64,000 nucleotides of DNA from Peptococcaceae bacterium UBA6096 (GTDB taxonomy: Bacteria > Bacillota > Peptococcia > DRI-13 > UBA5745): the NCBI GenBank assembly GCA_002435905.1, contig DIWW01000001.1, positions 23,283-87,282 on the forward strand, read 5' to 3'. Shown here piece after piece: positions 9,280-18,844 of the stretch. Both the position numbers and the translations under genes were made by a program. The number at the start of each line of letters is the position of its first letter. The first letter of the stretch is position 1. A model generated the notes under the pieces. It did no database searches and had not been told where the DNA came from. It was given only the letters and a program-made list of their open reading frames with translations.

Positions 9280-9984
9280 ATGAAAAAGCGGCTTAAAATA
9301 GCCTTGATCACGCTCATATCGCTTGTGGTTTTATTGACATCAGCATTTTTGGTCTATGTATCCGATTATTACAGAGCAGATGATGTGGCGATTGCAGTGA
9401 TGCAAAGTGCAGAAGCGATGCGTATTCAAGACAACTTGATCATACTATCCCCTGCCACGCCCAGCGATACCGCACTGATTTTTTATCCGGGTGCCAAGGT
9501 AGAGTATACAGCATATACCCCAATTTTAAATAAGCTGCGTCAAAACCACATTACCTGTGTGCTGATAAAAATGCCGTTCAACTTGGCGATACTCGACCAA
9601 AACGCAGCAAACAAGGTCTTTGACGAGTTGCCTGATATTAAAAATTGGTACATAGGCGGTCATTCGATGGGGGGCGCCATGGCAAGCAGTTATGCTGCAA
9701 ATCATAAAGATAAGGTCAAAGGTCTTATTTTGCTGGGCGCATATATTTATGGTGATGTGTCGCCGGAAAACGCTCTTACTATTTACGGAACATTGAACTC
9801 AAACTTAGAAAAAAACATCAATTACACAAAAAACGTCGTGATCATTGATGGCGGCAACCATGCCCAATTTGGAAATTATGGAGAACAAAAGGGTGACCCA
9901 CCTGCGACGATAAGCAGAGAAGATCAACAGAATATCGCAGTAAAAGAAATTATAGATTTTATACATAAGCAATCCAAAGAATAA
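9280..9984 (+). CDS. Membrane-anchored alpha/beta hydrolase (Abhydrolase_5-like)
   Basis: N-terminal TM/signal, IFYPGAKV, GGHSMGG nucleophile elbow, GGNHAQFG. Confidence 0.85.
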   Translation: MKKRLKIALITLISLVVLLTSAFLVYVSDYYRADDVAIAVMQSAEAMRIQDNLIILSPATPSDTALIFYPGAKVEYTAYTPILNKLRQNHITCVLIKMPFNLAILDQNAANKVFDELPDIKNWYIGGHSMGGAMASSYAANHKDKVKGLILLGAYIYGDVSPENALTIYGTLNSNLEKNINYTKNVVIIDGGNHAQFGNYGEQKGDPPATISREDQQNIAVKEIIDFIHKQSKE

Positions 9985-10088
9985 TGTCCGGATGTCACTT
10001 GACCATAAAAAGGTTGCCATCATGCAAAGAATTGAAGATTTCTGCACAAAACTAAAATTTGAGCTGTAAAAATGGAAGCTGAGGCATT

Positions 10089-11078
10089 ATGAAGATAGAG
10101 CATAAAATGATCGACAAGCAATTGCGAATTCCCGGCAGAATTTCTAAAATATTTATAAAGTTATCGAGCAAAACGGATTTTATAAGACTTCGAATGATGT
10201 TAGACAAGATGCGTGGTAAAAAGGTTAAAGGACTGAACTGCAGCGAAGAATGGATAACCCGTAGAAAAGATGGCACGGGTCTGCGCATCTGTATCTATAG
10301 ACCTCTTGTTTCTTCAGGGGCTGCTGCCGGGATACTTTGGATGCATGGCGGAGGATATGCTATGGGTGTACCGGAATCCAGTATTGGACTTATCAGAAAG
10401 TTTATTGCTGAGAGTGGCTGCGTTGTCGTCGCGCCAGACTATCGCCTTTCATTAGATGCACCATATCCCGCAGCTTTGGATGATTGTCATGAAGCACTTC
10501 TGTGGATGAAAGAACATGCCGGCGTGCTGGGAATCAGAAACGATCAACTGATGGTCGGGGGTGAAAGCGCCGGAGGAGGTCTGGCTGCTGCGATTGCTCT
10601 CTACGAAAGGGATCTTGGCGGTGTGAAAATCGCTTTTCAAATGCTGTTGTATCCCATGCTTGATGATAGGATGACGAACGAATCTGCCAAGAAAAATAAC
10701 GCTCCTGTCTGGGATTCAGATGCCAACCGAGTAGCATGGGGCTTATATCTGGGTGATTTAGCGGGGAACGATGTGCCCCCCTATGCAGCACCAGCCAGAG
10801 CGACAGACTTTACCAGCCTGCCCCCAGCAGTAACTTTCGTTGGTGATCTTGAACCTTTCAGAGACGAGACAATTATATACGTGAGAGACCTAAGAGATGC
10901 AGGGGTTAAGGTAGACTTCGAAATATATTCAGGCTGTTATCACGCTTTTGACAGGATGAATCCCTATGCTGAGGTGAGTAGAAAAGCGATTGCATTTTTA
11001 ATGAATTCATTTAAATATGCAGTTGGACACTATTATGCAAAACAGTGTTCACACACGCAGGAGTTTTACTTGAGTTAA
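10089..11078 (+). CDS. HSL-family esterase/lipase (Abhydrolase_3)
   Basis: HGGGY oxyanion motif, GESAGG, DLEPFRDE, YHAF. Confidence 0.9.
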   Translation: MKIEHKMIDKQLRIPGRISKIFIKLSSKTDFIRLRMMLDKMRGKKVKGLNCSEEWITRRKDGTGLRICIYRPLVSSGAAAGILWMHGGGYAMGVPESSIGLIRKFIAESGCVVVAPDYRLSLDAPYPAALDDCHEALLWMKEHAGVLGIRNDQLMVGGESAGGGLAAAIALYERDLGGVKIAFQMLLYPMLDDRMTNESAKKNNAPVWDSDANRVAWGLYLGDLAGNDVPPYAAPARATDFTSLPPAVTFVGDLEPFRDETIIYVRDLRDAGVKVDFEIYSGCYHAFDRMNPYAEVSRKAIAFLMNSFKYAVGHYYAKQCSHTQEFYLS

Positions 11079-11091
11079 AAAGGAGTACAGT

Positions 11092-11880
11092 ATGAATAAT
11101 TATTTCAAAGGGTGGTATTTTAAGGCACAGAACCCCAGACAAACAGTTGCCTTAATTCCTGCGATGCATATCGATGAAGAGGGGCAAAAGTCCTCATCGA
11201 TCCAGATAATTGCAGAACACGGCGTGTGGAATATATGCTTTCCATACGAACAGTTCTCCTGTCGAAGAAACAAGCTGCAGGTTAAAATTGGTGAGAATGT
11301 TTTTTTTGATCAAGGGCTGACACTTAACATTAAAACAGATGAAATTACGGCTTGCGGCAACCTAAAATTCGGACCTCTATCACCTATAGGTTACGATATT
11401 ATGGGACCGTTTCGCTATGTGCCGTTTATGGAGTGTCGACACAGCGTGTTCAGTATGACAAACACGGTGAGCGGGTTGCTTAGTATAAACGGCCAAGCTT
11501 ATCGATTTGATAACGATGCGGGCTATATTGAGGGTGACAGAGGCCGGTCGTTTCCCGAAGCCTATGCTTGGACGCAATGTAATTTTTTTGATGAATCTCC
11601 TTGCAGTATTATGATGTCTGTAGCCAATATACCTCTGGGTGCAAAAGTTGCGCACATCGGCCATGGAAAAATTGCAATTTCGCAAGGAAGATTTAAGCTA
11701 ACAGCCACACTTATCAAAAAGAAGGATAACCCTCTTTATGCGCCTGTTCACGGCGGCATGAAACGATTAATACGTGAAAGTATTTCATGTACCACCCATT
11801 ATTCATTTGAAGAAGACGGCAAAACGCTATTTGATTTCAAAACTGACCGTGCCTCTTTTGAGTATGAGTTTGAAAAATAA
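11092..11880 (+). CDS. Tocopherol-cyclase-like beta-barrel protein
   Basis: YFKGWYFK, DIMGPF..VPFMECRH and YIEGDRGRSFP..Y.WTQ pattern typical of this family. Confidence 0.7.
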   Translation: MNNYFKGWYFKAQNPRQTVALIPAMHIDEEGQKSSSIQIIAEHGVWNICFPYEQFSCRRNKLQVKIGENVFFDQGLTLNIKTDEITACGNLKFGPLSPIGYDIMGPFRYVPFMECRHSVFSMTNTVSGLLSINGQAYRFDNDAGYIEGDRGRSFPEAYAWTQCNFFDESPCSIMMSVANIPLGAKVAHIGHGKIAISQGRFKLTATLIKKKDNPLYAPVHGGMKRLIRESISCTTHYSFEEDGKTLFDFKTDRASFEYEFEK

Positions 11881-11912
11881 TCTCTGCCCGATTCTTATTT
11901 GAAACGAAGATT

Positions 11913-11990
11913 GTCCGCACCATGAAATTCAAGCCTTCTCAGATGGGAAGGCTTTTTTCGTGCTGATTGAAGGCGTTTTAAACCCAACAA
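11913..11990 (+). repeat. Direct repeat copy 2 (att-like duplication of the tRNA-Leu 3' end)
   Basis: Matches 8965-9042 including the AAGCCTTC/GGGAAGGCTTTTTT hairpin and TTAAACCCAACAA. Confidence 0.85.
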
Positions 11991-12240
11991 TTGTAAGCCA
12001 TCGACATAACATAAACCGTCCAGACAGTGTATCGGTAGATATGAAGAATCACCTAAATGAAGCCTTATAAATCAATGGTGATAAAATCCGATTTGTCAAG
12101 ATACTGATATCTGTGATAAAATATATTAGAATATTCAAAAAACAATGGCAAACTTGAGGCTGCCTTTGAAATGGTTACTTAAATATAGCCAATCTTATAA
12201 CCGACCCCTAGGTCTGGTTTTAGGATCATCCTAATATAAG

Positions 12241-13794
12241 ATGGAGGTCGTACCTGTGAGTAAAATAAGAGTTTTAGTTGGCAGCCCGGTTTATCAAAAG
12301 CCGGAGATTTTAGAATGTTTTTTAAAGTCCTTAAAAAATCTTAACCGGCGTACCATTTCCATCGATTATTTCTTTATTGATGATAATAGTGATGAAAGCT
12401 CCAGCAAGTTGATTGCTGAGTTTGAAAGAGATGACGCTCAGGTTACTGTCGTTTTGGGTGAAAAGCAGGGCAGATATCTGTGCGATGACGATTTTCACCA
12501 CTGGGATGACGATATAATACTTAAAGTAGCAAAGTACAAAAATGCGATCATTGATTACACAATAGAAAACAATTATGATTATTTGTTTTTTGTTGATTCT
12601 GATCTAGTTTTGCACCCTGATTTGATTGAGCACCTTAAAGATGCAAATAAAGATATTGTCTCAGAAATATTTTGGAGTCAATGGGGAAAGGACCGACCGC
12701 TCGAACCGAATGTGTGGCTGTTTGATGAATATGATCTCGTTCCTAAAATATTATATGAAGATCTTAACGAAACAGAGAAAAATTCACGGCGGAACAGATT
12801 TTTGGAGCAACTCAGAATCCCCGGATTGTATGAGGTGGGTGGATTAGGGGCGGTTACATTGATTCATAAAGCTGCATTGATGAAAGGTGTTAACTTTAAG
12901 ACCATAAAAAACTTGACCATCCATGGCGAAGACAGGTTTTTTTGCATACGGGCGGCTGTGCTTGGCATTGATTTGTTCGTTGACACGTATTATCCCGCGT
13001 ACCATATTTATCGTGAGAAGGACCTTGATGGTGTGCAAGATTATATTAATAGTTTTCGGGAAGAACTTGCGTTACCACGTAAATTTAAAGAGCATGGGAA
13101 TAAGCTTACGCTTTCAATGATTGTGAAAAATGAAGAAAAACGTTATTTGCTTCGGTTGTTGAAGGGCCTAAAAGGACATATTGATGAAGCGGTCATCATT
13201 GATGATGGAAGCACTGACAACACGATTCAACTCTGCCAGGACATATTGCAAGGGATCCCTCTGCACATTATAAAAAATGAGCATTCGATGTTCGCAAATG
13301 AGGTTGAACTTAGAAAAAAACAATGGAAGGAAACCATAAAAACAAATCCTGACTGGATTTTAAATCTTGATGCAGATGAAATACTTGAAGTTAGTTTTTG
13401 GGATAACGTACAAAATCTTATTAATCAAAAGGATTATGATCTATATTGTTTTAGACTCTATGATATGTGGGACGAAACACATTATCGAGAGGATGAATAT
13501 TGGAACGCGCACAGCGTTTACAGACCTTTTCTTTTGCGATATCAACCTGAGGTCAAATATTTATGGAAAGAGGCACCGCAGCATTGTGGCAGATTCCCTG
13601 CAAATATTGTGTCGTTTCCAACGGCTCTATCTGAATTTAGAGTGAAACATATGGGGTGGGCGACGCAAGAAGATAGACACGTAAAATATAAAAGATATAA
13701 GCAATTAGACCCAGATGCTATTTATGGAATCATGGATCAATATGAGTCGATTTTAGATAAAAATCCGAATTTATTTAAGTGGGAAAATGATTAG
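12241..13794 (+). CDS. Glycosyltransferase with two GT-A/GT2 domains
   Basis: Two DxD-type domains (FFVDSD; LNLDADE), IDDNSD / IDDGSTD and HGED motifs. AT-rich. Start may be GTG at 12256. Confidence 0.8.
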   Translation: MEVVPVSKIRVLVGSPVYQKPEILECFLKSLKNLNRRTISIDYFFIDDNSDESSSKLIAEFERDDAQVTVVLGEKQGRYLCDDDFHHWDDDIILKVAKYKNAIIDYTIENNYDYLFFVDSDLVLHPDLIEHLKDANKDIVSEIFWSQWGKDRPLEPNVWLFDEYDLVPKILYEDLNETEKNSRRNRFLEQLRIPGLYEVGGLGAVTLIHKAALMKGVNFKTIKNLTIHGEDRFFCIRAAVLGIDLFVDTYYPAYHIYREKDLDGVQDYINSFREELALPRKFKEHGNKLTLSMIVKNEEKRYLLRLLKGLKGHIDEAVIIDDGSTDNTIQLCQDILQGIPLHIIKNEHSMFANEVELRKKQWKETIKTNPDWILNLDADEILEVSFWDNVQNLINQKDYDLYCFRLYDMWDETHYREDEYWNAHSVYRPFLLRYQPEVKYLWKEAPQHCGRFPANIVSFPTALSEFRVKHMGWATQEDRHVKYKRYKQLDPDAIYGIMDQYESILDKNPNLFKWEND

Positions 13795-13817
13795 AAGATA
13801 AAAAATAATTTAGATAT

Positions 13818-13848
13818 AAAAAAAGAGAGAAATTCATCTCTCTTTTTT
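13818..13848. terminator. Bidirectional terminator
   Basis: AAAAAAAGAGAGA-AATTCA-TCTCTCTTTTTT. Confidence 0.8.
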
Positions 13849-13912
13849 ATACGTCTCACTGTCTCAATGATACTGTTCTCTAGGCCCTTGAGAACATTCA
13901 ATTCAAACGGTA

Positions 13913-13984
13913 TTATACTCTCCTAAGTAAATATAGAATTAAAAGTATTACGAGGATTGTTCCTAGCAAGCCCATGCCTAACAT
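13913..13984 (-). CDS. Small hydrophobic 23-aa peptide MLGMGLLGTILVILLILYLLRRV (below ORF-track cutoff)
   Basis: Own promoter TTGAAT-17-TAGAAT (14056-14028, minus strand), SD AAGGAA 5 nt before ATG, single TM helix with basic C-terminus, downstream terminator at 13818-13848. Confidence 0.7.
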   Translation of the reverse strand: MLGMGLLGTILVILLILYLLRRV

Positions 13985-14070
13985 AAATATTCCTTCTTTC
14001 TCTATGACAATTTATTTGTCTATATTTATTCTAGCATAAAAAATGAGAATATTCAAACAAAAGAAAAGGA

Positions 14071-14100
14071 GACCCATCGCAACATGTTGAGATGGGTTTG
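14071..14100. terminator. Hairpin, likely terminator (U-tract on the minus strand)
   Basis: AGACCCATC...GATGGGTTT preceded by AAAAGAAAA. Confidence 0.55.
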
Positions 14101-14188
14101 CGAATGACCCATTGAGGATGAAATGTAAAAAGATTGTATAAGGGCCGGTTAAAAACATGAATAAACATCACATTCGTTCGAAAAACAA

Positions 14189-14217
14189 TTGACAGAAAAT
14201 TCAGTATATGATATTAT
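14189..14217 (+). promoter_or_regulatory. Strong sigmaA promoter driving the structured RNA / lipoprotein genes
   Basis: TTGACA-17 bp-TATTAT with extended TG. Confidence 0.8.
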
Positions 14218-14220
14218 GAT

Positions 14221-14520
14221 CTCAACCCCAGAAATGGTCGAAAGATCAAAGTACGAGAACCCCAAAAACCGGAAGTAACAGGGATATTCATAGATCCTTC
14301 GGGATTCATATCTCTGAAGCAAAACTCTGATTGAGAAGGAAGCAGACGCAAGTTTGCAACCCATCAAAAGGAAAAGCCGGCGATTCCAACCAACAATAGA
14401 AATATTGGAAAATTGGATACGGGGAAAAATTGAAAGGAGGAGTACTCAATTGCAGTACGACCTCGAGTGATGGGCAGGAAAATTCCGAAAGGGACCACCT
14501 GTCCATCACTAGTTTAAATA
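14221..14520 (+). ncRNA. Unassigned structured non-coding RNA (~300 nt; five tetraloop hairpins)
   Basis: GAAA, C(UUCG)G, GCAA, GAAA and GAAA tetraloop-capped stems; 13-bp closing stem 14466-14478/14498-14510; no credible ORF. Confidence 0.6.
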
Positions 14521-14595
14521 TGCTAAGTCAAATGCCGGAACTTAAGGGATTCTGCAATGCCCGCAAATAATGAGTATATTGTCAAAGAGGTGATC

Positions 14596-15477
14596 ATGAT
14601 GAAAAAGATAACAGGATTATTATTGGCGATAGTTTTTTTAATTGCACTTTTCGCAGGCTGCGGCATGATGGGCGTCAATGGAGGTCCACGTGTTGGCGGG
14701 GTCATGCAGAGCGGGGACTGGTTATACTACACACTCAATGGCACACTGTATAACATGAAGCGTGACTGGACTGAAAAGACAAAGATCGCAGACAATTTTG
14801 ATGCTCAGTTCATGATTGTGCGGGATGACATCATCTACTACGCCGACAAGGAAATGAGCGTATATAAGATGATGAGGGACGGCACAGGAAAATCGAAGAT
14901 CATGAGCGGCGAAAATATGTACGGTTTCGAGGTTTCGGGCGACTGGCTGTACTACAGCGTTAAACCAGGCAGCATTTACAGGATAAAGACAGACGGCACT
15001 GGAAAGATGAAGCTGGCCGATATCGACTCTTTTAAAGGCGTTATGTGGGCGTCGGGAGGCTCTGTATATTACATTGACGGAACAAGCTTAATGAAAATGG
15101 CGGAGAACGGCACCGGGGTTATTCAACTTGGAGACAATATTGAGATAAACGGCTTTAAGGATGAGTGGATCTATTACAGTGAGATAAACCAAAAAGGAAA
15201 ACGATTGAACTTAAATAGGATGAAGCTCAATGGCATTGAAAAAGCAAAGCTTGCGGATGGTGGATTTGCTGCCATGGACGGGGACTGGCTATATTATAGT
15301 AAAGATGATGAATGGCTTTACAGATCAAATCTGGACGGAACGGGAGAGGAAAAACTGAACGAAGTGAAAATGTGGAATCTCATGGGTATATGGGGTGATT
15401 ACATCTATTACAGCGAATATGAGGGGCCTGTTTACAGGATCGATCTGGACGGCAGCAACAAGATGGAGCTGAAATAG
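14596..15477 (+). CDS. Lipoprotein with repeated beta-propeller-like units (DUF5050-like)
   Basis: Lipobox LFAGC and repeated GDWLYYS/IYRI..DG units. Confidence 0.75.
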   Translation: MMKKITGLLLAIVFLIALFAGCGMMGVNGGPRVGGVMQSGDWLYYTLNGTLYNMKRDWTEKTKIADNFDAQFMIVRDDIIYYADKEMSVYKMMRDGTGKSKIMSGENMYGFEVSGDWLYYSVKPGSIYRIKTDGTGKMKLADIDSFKGVMWASGGSVYYIDGTSLMKMAENGTGVIQLGDNIEINGFKDEWIYYSEINQKGKRLNLNRMKLNGIEKAKLADGGFAAMDGDWLYYSKDDEWLYRSNLDGTGEEKLNEVKMWNLMGIWGDYIYYSEYEGPVYRIDLDGSNKMELK

Positions 15478-15506
15478 AAGACATTCAAAAGAAAGAAGGG
15501 TTAGTC

Positions 15507-16019
15507 ATGAGAAAAGCGTTGAGCATCCTTTTATTGATTCTGGTGGCATCTGCCCTGTTTGGTTGTGCTAAAAAGGACGAACCGGAGCCGACGATACAAG
15601 TCCCCAATCCGGTCCATGAATCAACGGCGACAGAAATACTCGAGACGCTTGGTATAACGTTTCATATTCCTGAAGATGCACTGAATGTTAGCTATTCTAC
15701 CATTGATGCAGGCAATGAAAAAGCCATGGCACAGGCAAAATTCACAAGGAGCAACGTGGAATATACGTATCGCATCCAGTCAAAAGCGGCTTTTGAAGAT
15801 ATATCCGGAGCCTACCATGTGTGGACAACCGTCAAGAAAATCGAAGTCAGCTACTGCAATGGAGAGTTGCGCTACAATGACGGCAAGGAAGGCGTCTGCT
15901 TATGGTATGACACCGTCCCCGGTTTGATGTACAGCGTCTATACAGGTGAAGGCGCTGCTGAGGAAACGCTCATATCCCTGGCGAATACGTTGTTTGTGCC
16001 AGCGAAGGATGCCCCATAA
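15507..16019 (+). CDS. Hypothetical lipoprotein
   Basis: Lipobox LFGC, SD present, PNP motif after the linker. Confidence 0.7.
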   Translation: MRKALSILLLILVASALFGCAKKDEPEPTIQVPNPVHESTATEILETLGITFHIPEDALNVSYSTIDAGNEKAMAQAKFTRSNVEYTYRIQSKAAFEDISGAYHVWTTVKKIEVSYCNGELRYNDGKEGVCLWYDTVPGLMYSVYTGEGAAEETLISLANTLFVPAKDAP

Positions 16020-16042
16020 ATCGTCTATACAACCCATCGATC

Positions 16043-16079
16043 AAGGCCGGAGAGATCAATTCTCATCCGGCCTTTTTTG
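16043..16079 (+). terminator. Intrinsic terminator
   Basis: AGGCCGGA...TCCGGCCT followed by TTTTT. Confidence 0.75.
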
Positions 16080-16244
16080 TTTCGTAAAGCGCCCCAGCGT
16101 TCTCCTCATCAGTATTATATTGGGCAACATCAGAAAATTAATTGCCATGTGCATTAAACTCTCGAATATTTAGGTCGAAATAATATGCGTGGCTGTGGAA
16201 AAAAGAAGTTTATCGATCAAATACCAGCAATGAAGGGGGACCCT

Positions 16245-17984
16245 ATGAGGACGAGTCGGCATTTTCTGAAGAAATCCTTGTCTTTAAGATCCAAGCTTAC
16301 GGGAAGTTTTTTGGCGCTGATCCTCTTTTCCTCGATGGTGATTGGCTGCTATTCATATTCGAATGCAAAGTCCAACATTGAAAGCGCTGTCGGCGATACC
16401 GGCTTATCCATTGTTCAATCCATAGTCCACACCATCGACAGCACAGCGTTTGAAAGTCTTCAGCACCCATCGGATATGCATTCTGATTATTACATGGAAC
16501 TGCAAGGCGCCTTAAGCGGCATCCGAGAAGCCACAGGTCTTGAATACCTCTATACGATGCGTCAGACAGAGGCTGGACAGTATATTTATGTCGTTGACGG
16601 CTCTCCCATGGACGATGAGGATTTTTCAGCCCTAGGGGATCCGGAGGAAGCGATGAGCGATGTGATGCTCGCATGTTTTCAGGGCCATTCAGGCTATGAA
16701 CTGGGTTCCGATGACTGGGGAAGTTTCATATCAGCCTATATTCCAATCGAGGATTCCGCGGGCAGGATCATCGGGATTTTGGGCGCTGATTTTGATGCGG
16801 GGAAGATGGTCAGCCATCTGGAGCAATTTAAAACCCATCTCATCATGATCATCTTGGGGGTAATTTTTATTGGTTTCCTGATTGGAGAAGGATTGTCCAT
16901 GGTTCTGGTCCGTTCGCTTATGCGGCTGAAGGCAAAGGCGGAATTGGTCAAAAATGGCGATTTGACGGTGGAATTCGAAAAGTCCGGGACTGATGAAATC
17001 GGAGTCTTGACTCAAACCTTCAAAAACATGGTCAGCAGTCTGTTGGCCATTACCCATGAGATCAAAAACAACACTCGAAATGTGGTCATGGAAATCAATG
17101 ACTTGTATCAATGCTTTAGTGAGGCACACAAAGCCGCCGACGAAATCAATCATGTCATCACAGGCATCGCAGCCGGCGCCACAGAACAAACGGGCCGGAT
17201 GGACCAGGTATCCAGATCCATGGAAGCCGTATTTGACCAAGTGAAAAAATCAGCGGATCATGCGCACCTTGTCTCAGATTCATCGAATAAAGCCAGTGAA
17301 AATGCGGTTATAGCCATGGAAATCTTCAAAACCTCCATCGAAAAAGTGATCACTGTGAATAAGACGGTGGAGCAGACGTCCCTGATCATCCATGAATTGG
17401 GCGACAAATCGAAAGAAATCAGTTCCTTCTCGGATAGGATCTCGAAAATCACCCGGCAAACCAATTTGTTGTCTTTGAATGCAGCCATTGAAGCGGCAAG
17501 GGCTGGAGAACACGGCAAAGGCTTTGCCGTGGTGGCCGATGAGGTGAAAGCCTTGGCTAGCCAGTCCGATGCGGCAAGCAAGCAGATCAGCGAAATTGCC
17601 AGCAGCATGCAGACGGAAATCGAGCATGCGATCAAGGCCATCCAGGATGGGGCTGTTCAGGCCAACGAAGGGGTCGCCGCGGTCACGGAGGTCAACCAAT
17701 ATTTAGCGGCGCTGCAAATATCCAGCAGAGATGTATCAAAAAGGGCCCAGGTGATTTTGGATGCCATCCAGTTGATCGAGGATGCCTGCAGAGGCGTTGT
17801 CAGCGAGGTCCATGAACTGGACGACCTCTCAAAGGATTTCAGTACCGGCAGCAAACAGGCAGCATCGTCCATTGAGGAACAGGCGGCGATCCTGCAGCAA
17901 ATCAATGGCAACATCGATAATATCAAGAAAACAACCTATTGTCTAAACGATGTGGTCAATCAATTCAAAATCGATGAAGGATAA
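16245..17984 (+). CDS. Methyl-accepting chemotaxis protein (Cache-like sensor, HAMP, MCP signalling domain)
   Basis: Two TM segments, HAMP (GDLT...DEIG.L), [30 protein letters not shown]. Confidence 0.92.
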   Translation: MRTSRHFLKKSLSLRSKLTGSFLALILFSSMVIGCYSYSNAKSNIESAVGDTGLSIVQSIVHTIDSTAFESLQHPSDMHSDYYMELQGALSGIREATGLEYLYTMRQTEAGQYIYVVDGSPMDDEDFSALGDPEEAMSDVMLACFQGHSGYELGSDDWGSFISAYIPIEDSAGRIIGILGADFDAGKMVSHLEQFKTHLIMIILGVIFIGFLIGEGLSMVLVRSLMRLKAKAELVKNGDLTVEFEKSGTDEIGVLTQTFKNMVSSLLAITHEIKNNTRNVVMEINDLYQCFSEAHKAADEINHVITGIAAGATEQTGRMDQVSRSMEAVFDQVKKSADHAHLVSDSSNKASENAVIAMEIFKTSIEKVITVNKTVEQTSLIIHELGDKSKEISSFSDRISKITRQTNLLSLNAAIEAARAGEHGKGFAVVADEVKALASQSDAASKQISEIASSMQTEIEHAIKAIQDGAVQANEGVAAVTEVNQYLAALQISSRDVSKRAQVILDAIQLIEDACRGVVSEVHELDDLSKDFSTGSKQAASSIEEQAAILQQINGNIDNIKKTTYCLNDVVNQFKIDEG

Positions 17985-18208
17985 GTTGAGAGGCCATTCC
18001 TTTCCAGGAATGGTCTTTCTATTCCTTTTGGATGGACACAGACAGCTTCCGGCACATTGTTCAGGAATCCGAAGCATCATCGAATCAACCGATTTATGCA
18101 GCGGAACCTAAATCATAAAGAAAATCAAAGAAGACGGAAAATTCAGAAAATAATTAATCCATGAGAGCGCATTCGTGGTATTCTTAAAGATAGAAGAGGA
18201 GACAGAAC

Positions 18209-18691
18209 ATGAAAGGGGATGGAGTTATAATGAAGCAGCTTCAAAAGCACCCGCATTTCCAGGGGCTCATGATCAGTCTGATCTTTGCATCCATGCTGTT
18301 TGCCTGCGGCGCCGTTCTTGCATCGGCGGATGAGGTTTTGTTTAATCAGGTGAATGTCATGCTCGACGGTAAAACCATCTCGAAGATTGGGGAGAACTAC
18401 AATTCCAATCCTGCAACCATAACCTATCACGGCACAACTTATTTTCCGATGCGAAGGGTATCCGAGTTATTTGAAACAGCCATTGATTATGACAGCGCAA
18501 GTAAAACGGTTAATCTGATCAACACGAAAAGCACCCAAAAGGAGACGGCGTTAACTGATGAACAACTCGATATGATTAAGAATGTTATGCTGTTTGTTCT
18601 GTTGGTGGTCTCGGTCATATCTTTATTGCTCATCTTACAATTGAAACGGCTGTTGAAAGAAGTCAAAGTACCGAAAGGACCATCAGCTTAA
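18209..18691 (+). CDS. Secreted/membrane protein with copper-amine-oxidase-like N-terminal (stalk) domain
   Basis: Signal peptide, ITYHGTTYFPMRRVSELF...IDYDSASKTV motif, C-terminal TM. Confidence 0.6.
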   Translation: MKGDGVIMKQLQKHPHFQGLMISLIFASMLFACGAVLASADEVLFNQVNVMLDGKTISKIGENYNSNPATITYHGTTYFPMRRVSELFETAIDYDSASKTVNLINTKSTQKETALTDEQLDMIKNVMLFVLLVVSVISLLLILQLKRLLKEVKVPKGPSA

Positions 18692-18844
18692 CCGGGGAAG
18701 GCGTCTAAAAAAATCCGGCGGATTGTCCAGGCAGGTGCATAGGTTGTGACCAGCACATAATAAATCCTTATCACGAAGGCGCAGTTCGTGATATAATGGT
18801 GCAAATTATTAGAAAAAATGGAATTGACTGGCTGGTCAATCGTA

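Noticed and set aside
14221-14520. RNase P, SRP, T-box or complete group II intron
   Set aside because: Only short word matches (GAAGGAAGCAG, CGAGAACCCCAAA, UUGCAGUACGA). The GAGGAAAGUCC/P4, SRP helix 8 context, T-box antiterminator, domain V and RT ORF are all missing.
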